Assembly (NCBI GenBank): GCA_965224325.1
Contig: CBDCYT010000008.1
Span: 5,455-69,454 of the forward strand
Reading direction: 5' to 3'
DNA length: 64,000 nt
Origin: Dehalococcoidia bacterium
GTDB lineage: Bacteria; Chloroflexota; Dehalococcoidia; Lucifugimonadales; UBA3495
Shown here: in pieces, positions 63,147 through 64,000 of the stretch
Layout: every line of letters begins with the position of its first letter
Numbering within the stretch: position 1 is the stretch's first letter
Translations under genes and position numbers: made by a program
Notes under the pieces: generated by a model
The model's database searches: none
Seen by the model: only the letters and a program-made list of their open reading frames with translations
What the model was told of the DNA's origin: nothing

Positions 63147-64000
63147 CTAAACCAAAGCCAAGGTGGGATGTGCATTTACAATACATCGGTGATTGGGCTG
63201 GGATTCTCGCAGAAATCCTTCGGCCTTTGATTGTAGGACGGTGCGGCAGCGGCCCTTGACCTCGTCTTTCCGGATGGACAGCCCGCAGAGGAAATTCCCG
63301 ACCCTCTCCTTTACCAGGGCCTTGGTTCCCAAGCACAGGTTTCCGGTGGCTTCCTCTCTCGCCCAGCCCCAGATGGCCTCATCGGCGTTGAAGTCCGGGC
63401 TGTAGCCCGGCAGGTTCATCAGCCGCAGCCCCAAGCCCGGCGTCCGCAGATACTCACGCACCGCCTCGCCGCGGTGCGCCGGCGCGTTGTCCCAAATCAC
63501 GTTGAGCGGCCCGGAGTGCCTCTGCCGCAACCGCTCCAGGAAGGCAGCCGAGGTTCCGGAGTTGCTGTTCCCCTCCAGGTCCATCCACTCCACCTCACCG
63601 GTCTCCAGGCACACTGCCGAGTAGTAGCTGGCCTTTTCGCCATAGCTCGGGCTGGTCGAGTCCACCAAGGCCGGCTCTCCCTTTAGCACCCATTTGCCTC
63701 TCAGTTCGGCATCGGCCCGGAAATGGGCCTCGTCGGCGAAGAATATCTTCGCTCCCGTACGCCACGCCTCGTCCGACAGGGTGGCGTACTCCGCCACGAA
63801 GGCCTCCCGCTTCTGCTCATCTGCCTTGACCAGACGCTTCTTGGGACGCTTCAGGACAAACCCCAAGCGGTGCAGATAGTTCAGGCAAGTGCTGCGGCTC
63901 AGGCCAATGCCGAAACGCTTCGAGACAAACTGCCGCACCACTTTCCAGTTCCAGTTGGCCATTTCTATGCCCGACATCTCGGGCAACTCCTGCACTGCCC
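63147..64000 (-). CDS. IS630-family (Tc1/mariner-like, DDE_3) transposase, N-terminus beyond the right edge
   Basis: It has IFFADEAHFRADAELRGKWV, NVIWDNAPAHRGEAV and LPGYSPDFNADEAIWGW (the DDE triad context). The N-terminal HTH portion is missing from the window. Confidence 0.85.
   Translation of the reverse strand, partial: AVQELPEMSGIEMANWNWKVVRQFVSKRFGIGLSRSTCLNYLHRLGFVLKRPKKRLVKADEQKREAFVAEYATLSDEAWRTGAKIFFADEAHFRADAELRGKWVLKGEPALVDSTSPSYGEKASYYSAVCLETGEVEWMDLEGNSNSGTSAAFLERLRQRHSGPLNVIWDNAPAHRGEAVREYLRTPGLGLRLMNLPGYSPDFNADEAIWGWAREEATGNLCLGTKALVKERVGNFLCGLSIRKDEVKGRCRTVLQSKAEGFLRESQPNHRCIVNAHPTLALV

Overview
GC-rich bacterial chromosomal window; the lineage cannot be assigned from sequence alone. 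It splits into two parts.

(A) 1..~40.7 kb is a mosaic accessory/defence region. It ends at a tyrosine integrase (39408..40493) that abuts tRNA-Arg(TCT) (40660..40735). From left to right it contains:
- The 5' end of a short prokaryotic Argonaute gene running off the left edge. Upstream of it lies a 572-aa protein with a RecG-C-terminal/HATPase_c_4-like N-terminal half and an APAZ-like C-terminal half, and upstream of that an overlapping SF2 Res-type helicase.
- A graveyard of truncated genes: a type IIG methylase N-terminus, a 5'-truncated plsC and a DUF1156 methylase N-terminus.
- A translationally coupled nuclease-fold remnant plus trypsin-like peptidase.
- An IS1380 transposase.
- An operon of a 1831-aa Type ISP-like nuclease-helicase-methyltransferase, a small Cys/His protein and a SIR2 protein.
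- A 20(+1 degenerate)-repeat type I-E-like CRISPR array with no cas genes in the window.
- An SRAP gene with an in-frame TAG.
- Two near-identical inverted copies of an IS110-family 5' end, which bracket about 18 kb. That segment holds a complete IS1595 element (perfect 24-bp TIRs, 8-bp TSD), a sugar-modification cluster (GT4, radical SAM/SPASM, WG-repeat/O-methyltransferase fusion, histidine phosphatase, epimerase, Ugd), a frameshifted PD-(D/E)xK gene, a CAP-domain lipoprotein and a 3.1-kb transposase-bearing element with iteron-like ends.

(B) 40.7..64 kb is mostly housekeeping: aminotransferase, two tandem LLM monooxygenase paralogs, NadE, RidA, RelA/SpoT, lactonase, MFS exporter, VOC enzyme and GH15. 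It also carries a HigB/HigA-ImmA module and RadC, is peppered with two MITE families and a shared REP hairpin, and ends in a partial IS630 transposase.

The most interesting candidates are the non-canonical short-pAgo operon (1..4316) and the Type ISP-like/Cys-His/SIR2 operon (8682..15524). All family assignments come from motif recognition by eye. No searches were run.
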